A stretch of DNA of 58,655 bases, from positions 1 through 58,655 of IMG/VR virus record IMGVR_UViG_3300044994_000219. One strand, written 5' to 3'. Positions 6,563-16,413 of this stretch are shown here, in pieces. The position numbers and the translations under genes are program-made. The stretch's first letter is position 1, and each line of letters opens with the position of its first letter. A model generated the notes under the pieces. The model saw nothing but the letters and a program-made list of their open reading frames with translations. It was not told the DNA's origin and made no database searches. The DNA comes from a virus.

Positions 6563-8136
6563 GTATCCCGTTTGACTACGTGCCGACGGATCAGGACGAC
6601 CTGATCCGGTGCTTGGCCGATCCGATGTGGCGCGTGTGCTCCGGCCAGCTCTACAGGATCATGGTCAAGAGCGACGAGGGCGAAGGTTCGGTCATCCCGT
6701 TTCGGCCGAACCGCGCGCAGCGTCGTCTGATCAGCCGGCTGTGGCACCGCAACATCATCCTCAAGGCGCGGCAGTTGGGCTTCACTACCCTGATCGCGAT
6801 CCTGTGGCTCGACCACGCCCTGTTCAACGCGAACCAGCGCTGCGGCATCATTGCCCAGGATCGCGAGGCCGCCGAGGCGATTTTCCGCGACAAGGTGAAG
6901 CTGGCCTACGACAGGCTGCCCGCGTTCCTGAAGGAGCACATGCCACTGGTGACGGACAGCAAAACCGAGCTCCTCTTCGGCCACAACAACAGTTCGGTCC
7001 GGGTGGCCACGTCGATGCGCTCCGGGACGATCCACCGGCTCCACGTCTCGGAGTTCGGCAAGATCGGTGCGAAGTACCCGGCCAAGGCGGCTGAGGTCGT
7101 CACAGGCTCGCTGCCGGCCGTGCCGCTCGACGGCATCGTGGTGATCGAATCGACCGCGGAAGGCCAGAGCGGCGAGTTCTACGAGATGACGAAGAAGTCC
7201 CGCGCCGTGGCCGAAAAAGGAGCAACGCTCTCGCCGCGCGACTACCGGTTCCACTTCTTCCCCTGGTGGCAAGAGCCGAATTACCGGCTGCCGCATCTGG
7301 GCGCCGCGGTGCTGTCCGAGAAGGACATCGAATACTTCGACGAGCTCGAGGCCGAGATCGGCGTGAAGATTGACCAGGAGCAGCGCTACTGGTACGTGGC
7401 CACTCGCGACTCGGACTTCTCGGGCGACCCGCAGAAGATGTGGCAGGAGTACCCGAGCACGCCCGACGAGGCCTTCAAGGTCTCGACCGAGGGCTGCTAC
7501 TACTCGGTCCAGCTCTCGGCCGCCAGGACGGCCGGGCGCATCGGCTGCGTGCCGTACCTGGACGGCTTGCCGGTCAATACCTTCTGGGACATCGGCAACA
7601 GCGACGGCACTGCGATCTGGTTCCACCAGCAGCAGGGCCTGACGCACCGGTTCTTCAAGTTCATCGAGGGCTGGGGCGAGCCATATGCGTACTTCATAAA
7701 GCAGATGCAGGAGATGGGCTGCGTCTGGGGCAAGCACTACCTGCCGCACGACGCCGCGCACAAGCGGCAGCAGGGATCCGCGGTGCAGTCGGCCGAGGAC
7801 GAGTTGCGCAAGTTCGCCATCGGCGGTGAGTGGGTGATCGTGCCGCGCATCGACGACATCACCGTCGGCATCCAGATGGTCCGTGACGCCTTCGGCCAAT
7901 ACTGGTTCGACGAGGCCGGCTGCAAGGAAGGCCTGGCGCACCTGGCGCTGTACCGCAAGGAGTGGAACACGCGACTGGGCACTTGGGGCCGCACACCGCT
8001 GCACGACATCCACTCCGAGGCGGCCGACGCACTGCGCCAGCACGCCCAGGGTTACCGGACGGTCGGCGGCACGGCCACGGCGCACCGGGCGGCCCGCGTC
8101 GAGCGGCGCACCCGCCGACCGATGGGCGTGCTCTGA
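6559..8136 (+). CDS. terL: Terminase large subunit
   Basis: 525 aa. NRAQRRLISRLWHRNIILKARQLGFTT is a Walker-A-like region, and the C-terminal half is nuclease-like. Position follows terS. Confidence 0.93.
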   Translation: MSIPFDYVPTDQDDLIRCLADPMWRVCSGQLYRIMVKSDEGEGSVIPFRPNRAQRRLISRLWHRNIILKARQLGFTTLIAILWLDHALFNANQRCGIIAQDREAAEAIFRDKVKLAYDRLPAFLKEHMPLVTDSKTELLFGHNNSSVRVATSMRSGTIHRLHVSEFGKIGAKYPAKAAEVVTGSLPAVPLDGIVVIESTAEGQSGEFYEMTKKSRAVAEKGATLSPRDYRFHFFPWWQEPNYRLPHLGAAVLSEKDIEYFDELEAEIGVKIDQEQRYWYVATRDSDFSGDPQKMWQEYPSTPDEAFKVSTEGCYYSVQLSAARTAGRIGCVPYLDGLPVNTFWDIGNSDGTAIWFHQQQGLTHRFFKFIEGWGEPYAYFIKQMQEMGCVWGKHYLPHDAAHKRQQGSAVQSAEDELRKFAIGGEWVIVPRIDDITVGIQMVRDAFGQYWFDEAGCKEGLAHLALYRKEWNTRLGTWGRTPLHDIHSEAADALRQHAQGYRTVGGTATAHRAARVERRTRRPMGVL

Positions 8137-8153
8137 GGACACCCCTATTCGCG
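8135..8153 (+). promoter_or_regulatory. AGGACACCCC motif copy (candidate phage middle/late promoter)
   Basis: gAGGACACCCCtattcgcg lies 46 nt upstream of the portal ATG. Confidence 0.5.
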
Positions 8154-8198
8154 CGTCTGTGCAAGAGTCGGCGCCAACTACCGGACGAGTCGGCAACG

Positions 8199-10304
8199 AT
8201 GCAACCTGAGAAAGACGAACGCAACCCTGATGTGAGCGGCCTGACGCCTCTGCAGTACCAGCAGATCGTCGAGGACATCCGCCGGCAGCCGCACTGGCGC
8301 ATCGAGGCCGACCGGGCCGCTGCGTTCTACGACGGCAATCAGCTCACCGTCGAGGAGCGCGAGGAGTATGCGCGCCGCGGCATCGAGCCGGTGGTGATCA
8401 ACCAGATCAAGCCGCTGGTCAATTCGCTGCTGGGCCTGGAGGCGAAGACACGCACCGACTGGCGTGTGCAGGCCGACTCGGACGAACAGCGGGATCTGTG
8501 CGAGGCGATGAGCGCGAAGCTCTTCGAGGCCGAGCGCGAGACCGAAGCCGACATGGCCTGCTCGGAGGCTTTCGCCGCCCAGATCAAGTGCGGCCTGGGC
8601 TGGGTGGCGGTCACCCGCAACGCGGATCCGTTCGGCTACCCGTACCGCGTCGAGGACGTCGATCGCGGCGAGATTTTCTGGGACTGGCACGCGCGCCGGC
8701 GCGACCTGTCGGATGCCCGCTACCTGGTGCGAGAGAAGTGGTACCCGACCGACACGGTGGCCTCCTACTTCCCGGAGCACAGCCGGGTGATCTACGCGGC
8801 CGCATCCGGCTGGTCGCCCGAGTTCCTCGAGCTGCGCCACCTGGACGAGGTGCTGGCCCGCGCCTACGAGGCGGAGAGCACCTCGGGCTGGTACGACCAG
8901 GACTGGCGGCGCACCGACGACCGGATGGTGTGCCTGCGCGAGGTCTGGTACCGCGTGCCGGTCAAGGGCCGTGTCATCACCCTGCCGGACGGGCGCACGG
9001 TCGAATACGACCGCAAGAACCCGGTGCATGTGCTGGCGGCCAAGGAAGGCTTCGCGACGGTCAAGCACGCGGTCTTCACGAAGCTGCGCGTGTCGCTGTG
9101 GGTCGGGCCGCACAAGCTGCAGGACGAGGACTACGGCAGCAACCACCTGCCCTACGTGCCGTTCTGGGGCTACCGCGAGGACCGCACCCGGGTGCCCTAC
9201 GGCATCGTGCGCGACCTGATCCCGCTGCAGAAAGAGGTCAATGCCCGCCGCTCGAAGCTGCAGTGGCTGCTGGCCACCAAGCGGGTGACGGTCGATTCGG
9301 ACGCACTCGACACCGAGTACAACGATTTTTCGGACCTGACCGACGAGGTCGCCCGCCCGGACGCCGTGGTTGTGCTCAACCCGAACCGGCGCAACGCCAA
9401 TGGGATCCGCATCGACAACGATCTGGGCCTGACCGCGCAGCAGTTCCAGGTGATGCACGACGCCGGCGAGCAGATGCAGAAGGTGGCCGGCCTCTACAAC
9501 TCGATGCTCGGTGCGACCGACGGCGCGAAGTCGGGCACGGCCATCCAGTCCCTGGTTGATCAGGGCAACGGGATGCAGGCCGACATCTTCGACAACTACC
9601 GATTCGCGCGCCGGCAGGTCGGGCAGCGCCTGCTGGAGCTGGTCACGCAGGATCTGGTCGGCATCGAGATGACGATCCTGGTCGGCGAGGAAGGCCGGCA
9701 GCGCGCCGTGGAGATCAACCGCCCGGTCCTGGATGCGGTGACCGGCATGGAGTACCGCGAGAACGATGTCACCAAGGTGCTCTTCAAGGTGGCCCTGGCC
9801 GACGTACCGAGCACGCCGGCGTACCGCGCCCAGGCGATGACCATGCTGGCCGAGGTGATGAAGTCCCTGCCGCCCCAGCTGCAGGCCGCGCTGGTGCCGT
9901 ACTTCCTCGAGTCGTCGGAGATTCCGAAGCGGCGCGAGATGGCCGACCTGGCGCGCAAGGTGCTGGGGCTGGGCGAAGGGGGCGCGCCGCCGGATCCGGA
10001 GAAAGAGCAGATGGCCGCGATGCTGCAGCAGCTCCAGGAGCAACTGCAGGCTGCGATGGCCGCAGCCGAGGACAAGGCCGCTGACCGCGCGCTCAAGGCG
10101 CAGGCCCTCGAGGTGCAGGCGCGCAAAGACGCCGCGACGCTGGCGCTCAAGGCCGCCGAGCTGCAGCAGAAGGCACCGAAGACGGCCGCCGAGACGCAGC
10201 ACATCCAGGCCGAGACGCAGCAGACCCGGGCCGAGACCGCCGGCAAGGCGCTTGACCTGGTGCGCCCGCCCAAACCGACTGAACCCTCTCCTGAACCCGT
10301 CTAG
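8199..10304 (+). CDS. Portal protein
   Basis: Internal Met of ORF 7962..10304 (MQPEKDERNPDVSGLTPLQYQQIVEDIRRQPHWR...). 701 aa, located after terL, with an acidic/coiled C-terminus. Confidence 0.88.
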   Translation: MQPEKDERNPDVSGLTPLQYQQIVEDIRRQPHWRIEADRAAAFYDGNQLTVEEREEYARRGIEPVVINQIKPLVNSLLGLEAKTRTDWRVQADSDEQRDLCEAMSAKLFEAERETEADMACSEAFAAQIKCGLGWVAVTRNADPFGYPYRVEDVDRGEIFWDWHARRRDLSDARYLVREKWYPTDTVASYFPEHSRVIYAAASGWSPEFLELRHLDEVLARAYEAESTSGWYDQDWRRTDDRMVCLREVWYRVPVKGRVITLPDGRTVEYDRKNPVHVLAAKEGFATVKHAVFTKLRVSLWVGPHKLQDEDYGSNHLPYVPFWGYREDRTRVPYGIVRDLIPLQKEVNARRSKLQWLLATKRVTVDSDALDTEYNDFSDLTDEVARPDAVVVLNPNRRNANGIRIDNDLGLTAQQFQVMHDAGEQMQKVAGLYNSMLGATDGAKSGTAIQSLVDQGNGMQADIFDNYRFARRQVGQRLLELVTQDLVGIEMTILVGEEGRQRAVEINRPVLDAVTGMEYRENDVTKVLFKVALADVPSTPAYRAQAMTMLAEVMKSLPPQLQAALVPYFLESSEIPKRREMADLARKVLGLGEGGAPPDPEKEQMAAMLQQLQEQLQAAMAAAEDKAADRALKAQALEVQARKDAATLALKAAELQQKAPKTAAETQHIQAETQQTRAETAGKALDLVRPPKPTEPSPEPV

Positions 10305-10328
10305 TCCTCACACTCCTGGACGGCCTTG

Positions 10329-10354
10329 AGCCCGCCTCGTGCGGGCTTCTTTTT
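10329..10354 (+). terminator. Rho-independent terminator after the portal gene
   Basis: AGCCCGC-ctcgt-GCGGGCT followed by TCTTTTT. Confidence 0.7.
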
Positions 10355-10371
10355 GTCCAGCCAGTGTGCCA

Positions 10372-10392
10372 AAAGGACACCCCTGTTTTCGA
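10372..10392 (+). promoter_or_regulatory. AGGACACCCC motif copy
   Basis: aaAGGACACCCCtgttttcga lies upstream of the scaffold gene, just after the portal terminator. Confidence 0.5.
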
Positions 10393-10487
10393 TTGTTCGA
10401 TATACCGCACCTGTGACGAGGCGCAACGCAGCCCAGCGTGACGGGCGTGCCGAGTCGATGACGGACTCCGACCGATAGAGGAAAGCG

Positions 10488-11441
10488 ATGACGAATGCAC
10501 CGAAAGACCTGGACTACTACGCCGCCAACCCGGACGAAATGCCCACCGATCCCGACAAGCTCGCGGAACTGATGGCGCAAATGGAAGGCGGTCCCGCTCC
10601 CGAACAGGCTGAAAGCGACGCGGCAGCCGGCGTGGAAGAAGAGCAGGCCGAAGAGGCACAAGGCGAAGAGCAAAACCAGGGCGAGGCGCAGCAGCAGGAA
10701 CAGCAAGAGGTGGAAGCGCCGATTGCCAGCAAGGACGGCAAGCACACGATCCCGTACGACGTGCTGCGAACCGAGCGCGAGAAACGTCGCGCGGCCGAGC
10801 AGGCGATGCAGGAGCTCCAGGCGCGCATCGAGGCGATGCAGCAAAGCGGCAAGCCGCAGGACCAGGCCGAAGGCGAGACGTCCGACGACGATCTGGCTCA
10901 GATGGCTGAGGACTTTCCGGCCATCGCCAAGCTCCTGGCCCATACGCGCAAGCTCGAACAGCAGTTGCAGTCCGTCGCGAAGCGGATCGAAGACGAAGAC
11001 CGCCAGCGGCAGGAGGCAGCCCAGGCCGAAGTCCGGGCCGCCGTTGATGCCAACCCGACGCTTTTGCACTGGGAGCACAACGACCCGGAACGGTGGGCCG
11101 CTGCGATCGAGGCTGATTCCAAGCTGATGGCGTCACCGGCGCATCGAGGGCTGACGCTGGAGCAGCGACTGGCGAAGGCCGTGGAGATCGTGGATGCCTT
11201 CTATGGCCCCGACACCACGGCGCCGCGCGTAGCACCGGCACAGCCCCAGGAAAAGCCCGCCAAGCCGACGGCAGCGGTGGCGAGTGCCAGGCCGCGGACG
11301 CTTTCGGACATTCCGGGAGGGGTCGTGCCTGCCGCGGATCCGATGGAGGAGTTCGCCCAGATGAGTGTCGACAAGCTCGGCGCGAAGATGGCCGACATGT
11401 CTCCGGACCAGATCAACGCCCTGCTGTCACGCCTTGGCTAG
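10488..11441 (+). CDS. Scaffolding protein
   Basis: Acidic, Ala/Glu/Gln-rich, coiled-coil-like 317 aa, located between portal and capsid. SD is GAGGAAA. Confidence 0.8.
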   Translation: MTNAPKDLDYYAANPDEMPTDPDKLAELMAQMEGGPAPEQAESDAAAGVEEEQAEEAQGEEQNQGEAQQQEQQEVEAPIASKDGKHTIPYDVLRTEREKRRAAEQAMQELQARIEAMQQSGKPQDQAEGETSDDDLAQMAEDFPAIAKLLAHTRKLEQQLQSVAKRIEDEDRQRQEAAQAEVRAAVDANPTLLHWEHNDPERWAAAIEADSKLMASPAHRGLTLEQRLAKAVEIVDAFYGPDTTAPRVAPAQPQEKPAKPTAAVASARPRTLSDIPGGVVPAADPMEEFAQMSVDKLGAKMADMSPDQINALLSRLG

Positions 11442-11471
11442 ACCAACGTGAAAATGCAGGAGTAATACAAC

Positions 11472-12764
11472 ATGGCTTCGACCGGCAGCTTCAACACTTC
11501 GGTGCCGTCCAGCTCGGCGCTGGCCCGCAAACTCTTTTCGGTCGCGCTCTTCGCGCAGACCCAAAAACAGCCCGGCTTCACGCGTACCCTGACCGGCCCG
11601 GCGCCCTCCACCGGCGACGCGATCAACAAGCTCAAGGCCCAGACCAGCAAGGACATGCCCGTCGTCCGCATCACCGACCTGTCGAAGACGGCCGGCGACA
11701 AGGTCAGCGTGGATGTGTTCGGCACCATCGGCGGCAAGCCGATCGTGGGTGACGCGGACGCCGAAGGCACGGGCGTGGCGCTGACCAACGCCTCGATGGA
11801 CATCCGCATCGACCTGCTCACCAAGGTCGTGGATGCCGGCGGCAAGATGAGCCAGAAGCGTACCGTGCATGACCTGCGCAACATCGCGATGGCCAACCTG
11901 ACCAGCTACTTCGCCCGCCTGGACGATCAGACCACTCTGGTGCATCTGGCCGGCGCCCGCGGTACCGAGATGAACGAGGACTGGGTCGTGCCGCTGGCCT
12001 CTGACGGGGACTTCGGCGCGATCATGGTCAACGATGTGGTCGCGCCGTCCTACGGCAACCACTTCCTGATCGACAACGGTGGCGCCTCGCTGGCCGAGCC
12101 GAGTGTGGCCAACATCGGCGCGATTGCCAGCACCGACGTGCTGACGCTGGAATCCATCGACAACATGCGCACCATGCTGGACGAGATGGCCTTCCCGCTG
12201 CAGCCGGTGAAGATCGCCGACGACCCGGCTGCGGCCGACGAGCCGATGTGGGTGCTCTATGTCACTCCGCGCCAGTACAGCCACCTGCTGAAGGCCACCA
12301 GCAACGACATCCGCTCCTTCCAGCAGAACGCCTGGAACCGCGCGTCCTATGGCTCCAAGCACCCGCTGTTCAAGGGCGAGGTCGGCATGTGGAACGGCAT
12401 CTTGGTGAAGAAGCTCAACCGCGCGATCCGCTTCGGCACCGGCAGCTCGATGAACCACGTCGTCGCGGCCAACAAGGCCACTGCGGCCGAGACCACCACC
12501 GCGCTGCCGGCGACCATCGACGCGACGCACGCGCTCGACCGGGCCATCCTGCTGGGCGCCCAGGCCCTGGGTAACTGCTACGGCAAGAACAAAGGCTCGG
12601 ACTACCACTTCGACTGGCTCGAGAACCCGTACAACTTCGGCCGCGCGCTGGAAGTCGGCGGTGACTGCATGGGTGGCAAGGCGAAGCTGCGCTTCAACCT
12701 GGGCGGCACCCACGTCAAGGACCACGGCGTGATGTGCTTCGACTCGGTCGTGTCGCTGACCTAA
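11472..12764 (+). CDS. Major capsid protein
   Basis: 430 aa, located after the scaffold gene, AGGAG SD, followed by a strong hairpin. The N-terminus ARKLFSVALFAQTQKQPGF resembles the capsid families of N4-like and related podophages. Confidence 0.85.
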   Translation: MASTGSFNTSVPSSSALARKLFSVALFAQTQKQPGFTRTLTGPAPSTGDAINKLKAQTSKDMPVVRITDLSKTAGDKVSVDVFGTIGGKPIVGDADAEGTGVALTNASMDIRIDLLTKVVDAGGKMSQKRTVHDLRNIAMANLTSYFARLDDQTTLVHLAGARGTEMNEDWVVPLASDGDFGAIMVNDVVAPSYGNHFLIDNGGASLAEPSVANIGAIASTDVLTLESIDNMRTMLDEMAFPLQPVKIADDPAAADEPMWVLYVTPRQYSHLLKATSNDIRSFQQNAWNRASYGSKHPLFKGEVGMWNGILVKKLNRAIRFGTGSSMNHVVAANKATAAETTTALPATIDATHALDRAILLGAQALGNCYGKNKGSDYHFDWLENPYNFGRALEVGGDCMGGKAKLRFNLGGTHVKDHGVMCFDSVVSLT

Positions 12765-12772
12765 TCGTGACT

Positions 12773-12797
12773 GAGAGGGGAGGCATACTCCCCTCTC
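12773..12797 (+). terminator. Strong hairpin after the capsid gene
   Basis: GAGAGGGGAG-gcata-CTCCCCTCTC followed by gctttcc. Confidence 0.6.
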
Positions 12798-12824
12798 GCT
12801 TTCCCTGACGACAAGGAGACGGAC

Positions 12825-13184
12825 GTGCCGATCTCGATCACCTACCGGGGCAAGAAGCCCTATACCGACCACCTGTACGGCTCGAAGCTGCACTGGGAGG
12901 TCGGCGACACGCGCGACGACGTGCCCGAAGCCGTTGCGGTGAAGCTGCTCAAGCACCCGGAATTTCATGACGCGCGCAAGAACAAGGCCGAGATCAAGGT
13001 CGATCAGCCGCCGCGCGAGCAGGAAGAAGACGTGCAGCCGCCCCTGGTCAATCTGGACGCCATGACCAAGGACCAGCTGATCGAGTACGCACATCGCAAC
13101 TTCGGCGTGAAGCTCGACGCCAGCACCAAGAAGGCCGAGCTGATTGACACCGTGCGCCTGCAGATGGGCAAGCGGGTGCGCTGA
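12825..13184 (+). CDS. Hypothetical virion-module protein with a SAP/HeH-like C-terminus
   Basis: GTG start with an AAGGAGA SD. MTKDQLIEYAHRNFGVKLDASTKKAELIDTV resembles a Rho-N/HeH motif. Confidence 0.75.
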   Translation: MPISITYRGKKPYTDHLYGSKLHWEVGDTRDDVPEAVAVKLLKHPEFHDARKNKAEIKVDQPPREQEEDVQPPLVNLDAMTKDQLIEYAHRNFGVKLDASTKKAELIDTVRLQMGKRVR

Positions 13185-13780
13185 TGGCTCTGCTGGCCGC
13201 GCTCTATCCGTACATCCTGCCGTACCACCCGAACGTGCCGGAGCCGGCCATCGACCGGGCGATTATCGACGGGGCGATCCAGTTCTGCCGGGATACCCTG
13301 GTGTGGCAGGAGACCTCGCCTGTGCCGATCGCGGTGCAGCCGGGCGTGCGGGAGTACGAGATCGAGCCGGACGCCCGCGCCGAGCCGATGCGCGTGCTGG
13401 CCGCGGTGCTTGCCGACGAGAAGCTGGACCGGGCCACCCTGGCAGGTAGTGACGTGCGGCGGCTGGGCACCTCGGTGGCCTTCACGCAGCCGACGCCGCG
13501 CGTGCTGCACCTCGTCGATACGCCGCGGCGCGCCGGGTCGCTGGTGCTGCGCCTCGCCCTCGAGCCGATGGTCAACACCACGACGCTGGAAGACGAGCTG
13601 GTGCGGTACTGGCGGGAGCCCCTGGCCGCGGCCGCCCGACACCGCCTGTGTCTGCAGGCCGGCGACGTGAAGGGTGCGCAGATCGCCGAGCAGCTCTACC
13701 AGCGCGACATGGCGCGCGCCAAGGCGCGAGGCCAGGTCGGGGCGGGCCGCGGGCGCCTTCGCACGCGGCCGGTTTGGTAA
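13184..13780 (+). CDS. Head-completion/adaptor-like structural protein
   Basis: ATG overlaps the upstream TGA. 198 aa in the structural block. Confidence 0.7.
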   Translation: MALLAALYPYILPYHPNVPEPAIDRAIIDGAIQFCRDTLVWQETSPVPIAVQPGVREYEIEPDARAEPMRVLAAVLADEKLDRATLAGSDVRRLGTSVAFTQPTPRVLHLVDTPRRAGSLVLRLALEPMVNTTTLEDELVRYWREPLAAAARHRLCLQAGDVKGAQIAEQLYQRDMARAKARGQVGAGRGRLRTRPVW

Positions 13781-13798
13781 AGGACACCCCCATTCGCC
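13779..13798 (+). promoter_or_regulatory. AGGACACCCC motif copy
   Basis: aaAGGACACCCCcattcgcc lies 48 nt upstream of the GTG at 13846. Confidence 0.5.
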
Positions 13799-13845
13799 AA
13801 TAGTCGATAGCCTCCGGGGTTGAGAGAGCTCTGAGGTGTTCTACT

Positions 13846-14511
13846 GTGGCCAACGTCCAAGTCGATGACGTACTGATCCGGCTCCGCGACCTACTATTGG
13901 ACGCGGACGACGTGCGCTGGCCCCTCGAGGAGAAGCTGCGCTACATCGCCGACGGTGTGCGCGAAGTGGCGTTCTTCAAGCCGGACGCCTGCGCGAAAAC
14001 CGCGGTGGTGCAGCTGGTCGCAGGTGTGCGCCAGACGCTGCCGGACGATGCGTCTTCGCTCCTCGATGTGGTGCGCAACATGGGCACGAACCGATCCACT
14101 CCCGGCCTGGCGCCGCGTAGCGTCGATCGGTCGGCCCTCGATGCGCACGTCCCGGGGTGGCACAAGTCGCCGCCCAGCCAGGAAGTGCGTCACTTCATGT
14201 TCGACCCGCAGGACCAGAAGGTTTTCCTGGTCTGGCCACCCCAGCCGGATACCAACCCCGGCTCGCTGGAGTTGGTCTATGCGGCCGTTCCGGCTGCAGC
14301 CTCAGTGGGGGCATCGCTCCCCCTCGATTCGGTCTGGCTGCCGGCTCTCCTGAACTACGTGATGTACCGCTGCTGGAGCAAGGACGCTGAGCACGCCGCG
14401 AATGCCCAGCTCGCAGTGGCGTACTACCAGGCCTTCGGCGCCGCCTTGCAAGGACGCACGGCGGCCGAAGGGGCCACCGACGTGAATCTCAACCGCGCAC
14501 CTCGCGCATAG
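13846..14511 (+). CDS. Structural protein (adaptor-like)
   Basis: 221-aa ORF with a GAGG SD. Position is in the head-tail joining region. Confidence 0.7.
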   Translation: MANVQVDDVLIRLRDLLLDADDVRWPLEEKLRYIADGVREVAFFKPDACAKTAVVQLVAGVRQTLPDDASSLLDVVRNMGTNRSTPGLAPRSVDRSALDAHVPGWHKSPPSQEVRHFMFDPQDQKVFLVWPPQPDTNPGSLELVYAAVPAAASVGASLPLDSVWLPALLNYVMYRCWSKDAEHAANAQLAVAYYQAFGAALQGRTAAEGATDVNLNRAPRA

Positions 14512-14536
14512 CACGACCACCCCGTAGGAGACACCC

Positions 14537-14968
14537 ATGTCCGCTGCATCTGACTACCTCGAGCAAGCCCTGTGCGAGCACTTCCGCGGCACGCAACTGC
14601 CGCTGCCGTCCAACTTCTTCATCGCGCTGCACACCTCGGATCCGACCGATGCGGCCAGCGCTGGCACCGAAGTGACCGTCGCCGCCTGGCCGGCCTATGC
14701 CCGCCAGTCCGTCGGCACCCCGCTGTCGTCCGCCTGGACCGCCTCGGCCAACGAAGGCGGTGGCGGCAAGCAGATCACCAACGCCAACACCATCAACTTC
14801 CCGGCCAACAACGGCGCGGCCAGCGTCGTGGTGACCCACTTCAGCGTGTGGGATGCGGCCTCGGGCGGCAACATGTGGGCGCACGCGCCGCTGACCGCAC
14901 CGAAGACCATCGACCCGACCGACATCTTCTCGGCCATCCCCGGCGCGCTGCGGCTGATCGTGCGATAA
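14537..14968 (+). CDS. Structural protein
   Basis: 143-aa ORF with an AGGAG SD, in the structural block. Confidence 0.7.
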   Translation: MSAASDYLEQALCEHFRGTQLPLPSNFFIALHTSDPTDAASAGTEVTVAAWPAYARQSVGTPLSSAWTASANEGGGGKQITNANTINFPANNGAASVVVTHFSVWDAASGGNMWAHAPLTAPKTIDPTDIFSAIPGALRLIVR

Positions 14969-14991
14969 CCAGGCGCCGGTAGGAGCGGATC

Positions 14992-16137
14992 GTGCGGCTG
15001 AACGGCGCCTCGCTGAACGGGTCCAGCGCCCGTCGCCTGCCCGTGGCCCTGGACGGGGCTGCGGTGCTGGCTGTCGCGTCGGAGTTGGCGCCCATCCGCC
15101 GTGTACGCATGAGCGGGGCCGCACCGATCGCACTGGCCGGCGAGTTTCAGGCGACAGCACGGCGTTACCTCGTCGGCGAGGCGCCGGTCACCTTCGATAC
15201 GGCACTGGCGCAGACGGTGAGCCGAGGGGCGTCCGGTACGGCGGTGATCTGCCTGGCCGCGAGCCTCTACTACGTCAAGCAGATCCACGGCTACGGCACC
15301 GCGGTGTTGTCTATCGACGCGCGCGGAGACGTCGGCGTGGTCTTCATCGACGGCCAGGCGGTGCTCACGCCGCTGCAGGTCGAGATGGATGGCCGACGGG
15401 CGCACCACGGCACAGGCACTGCTGTGGTGGCAGTCGTAGGCGACTTCACGGCATCAGCGATCCGAAGGCCCCAGCCCGCTGGCGCTACGCTGCTGGCCTC
15501 AATGACTGCCGTGCTCGAGCCCAGCCACATTGACGGCGGTGGCGTGCGCCACATCGGCATGTTCGGCGATGCACCGGTGAGCCTGCAGGTCGAGGACGCA
15601 GGGATGCTGCGGCAGGCCCTGATCGGCTCCTTGGATATGCGGATGCTGGCGGCCACCGGCACGCTGACGGTACGCCGCCCAACTTTGGCCAGCGCAGCGG
15701 TCAAGAGCATCACCGCGACAGGGGCCTTCCGGGCTGATCGTCGCGGAGACGGCGCGGCGGTGAAGACGGTCGTCGCCCAGTGTGACGGCGAGATTCTGGT
15801 GCGAGGAGAAGGGGCGGCGACCCTGCGCATCGTGGCCACCGGCACGGGGTACGCATACCGCAAGAGCTTGGCCGGCGCCGCAGAGATGGCGGTGCGCCTT
15901 GAAGGGGACTGGGCGTGGAGCAAGGTGGGAGGAGGCACCGCGGTGATCGAGATCGGCGCGGCGCTGGACGGCGCGCGCCGGCAGTTCTTCAGCGGTCCGA
16001 TGGTGATCCAGGCGCTGGACTTCGGGTCCGGCGTGATCAACCCCTACCGCGAAGACAACGATCGCCAGAAATACACCAGGCCCGGGCTCCCACGCGAGCT
16101 CCGGCGCTCGGCATACCAGAGGGAATACCGCAGATGA
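14992..16137 (+). CDS. Ala/Gly/Val-rich tail-associated protein
   Basis: 381-aa ORF with a GTG start and AGGAG SD. Its stop overlaps the next ATG (ATGA). Confidence 0.6.
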   Translation: MRLNGASLNGSSARRLPVALDGAAVLAVASELAPIRRVRMSGAAPIALAGEFQATARRYLVGEAPVTFDTALAQTVSRGASGTAVICLAASLYYVKQIHGYGTAVLSIDARGDVGVVFIDGQAVLTPLQVEMDGRRAHHGTGTAVVAVVGDFTASAIRRPQPAGATLLASMTAVLEPSHIDGGGVRHIGMFGDAPVSLQVEDAGMLRQALIGSLDMRMLAATGTLTVRRPTLASAAVKSITATGAFRADRRGDGAAVKTVVAQCDGEILVRGEGAATLRIVATGTGYAYRKSLAGAAEMAVRLEGDWAWSKVGGGTAVIEIGAALDGARRQFFSGPMVIQALDFGSGVINPYREDNDRQKYTRPGLPRELRRSAYQREYRR

Positions 16138-16412
16138 AGCTGGGCACTTTGCCGAAAACCGCCGCCGAGCGCATCAGCGTCTCGGTGCTCTACGACGAGG
16201 CGCTGGATGTAGGCGACGAGGTCACGCTGGTCGAGTCCTGCACCGTCTCGCCCGATGGCGAGCTGACCGCGACACCGGTGCTTGCGGCGACAGACCGCGT
16301 GCGTATCTGGCTCGACGGTGGGAACGCGGGCGCGAGCTACACCGTCACGCTGATCGTCTCGACCGCAGGTGGCGAGCGCTTCGAGGACGAACTGACCTGC
16401 CGGGTGAAATGA
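16134..16412 (+). CDS. Small structural protein
   Basis: Internal Met of ORF 15915..16412 (MKLGTLPKTAAERISVSVLYDEALD...), with an ATGA overlap. Confidence 0.65.
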   Translation: MKLGTLPKTAAERISVSVLYDEALDVGDEVTLVESCTVSPDGELTATPVLAATDRVRIWLDGGNAGASYTVTLIVSTAGGERFEDELTCRVK

Positions 16413-16413
16413 C

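Noticed and set aside
6328-10202. Very long antisense ORFs opposite terL and portal (6328..8196, 622 aa; 8178..10202, 674 aa). Similar cases are 11427..13094, 26680..28308 and 49658..52618 (986 aa).
   Set aside because: Their translations are Arg/Gly/Ala/Pro/His-rich strings with no motifs. They lie opposite genes with clear homology-type signatures. High G+C depletes stop codons in non-coding frames.
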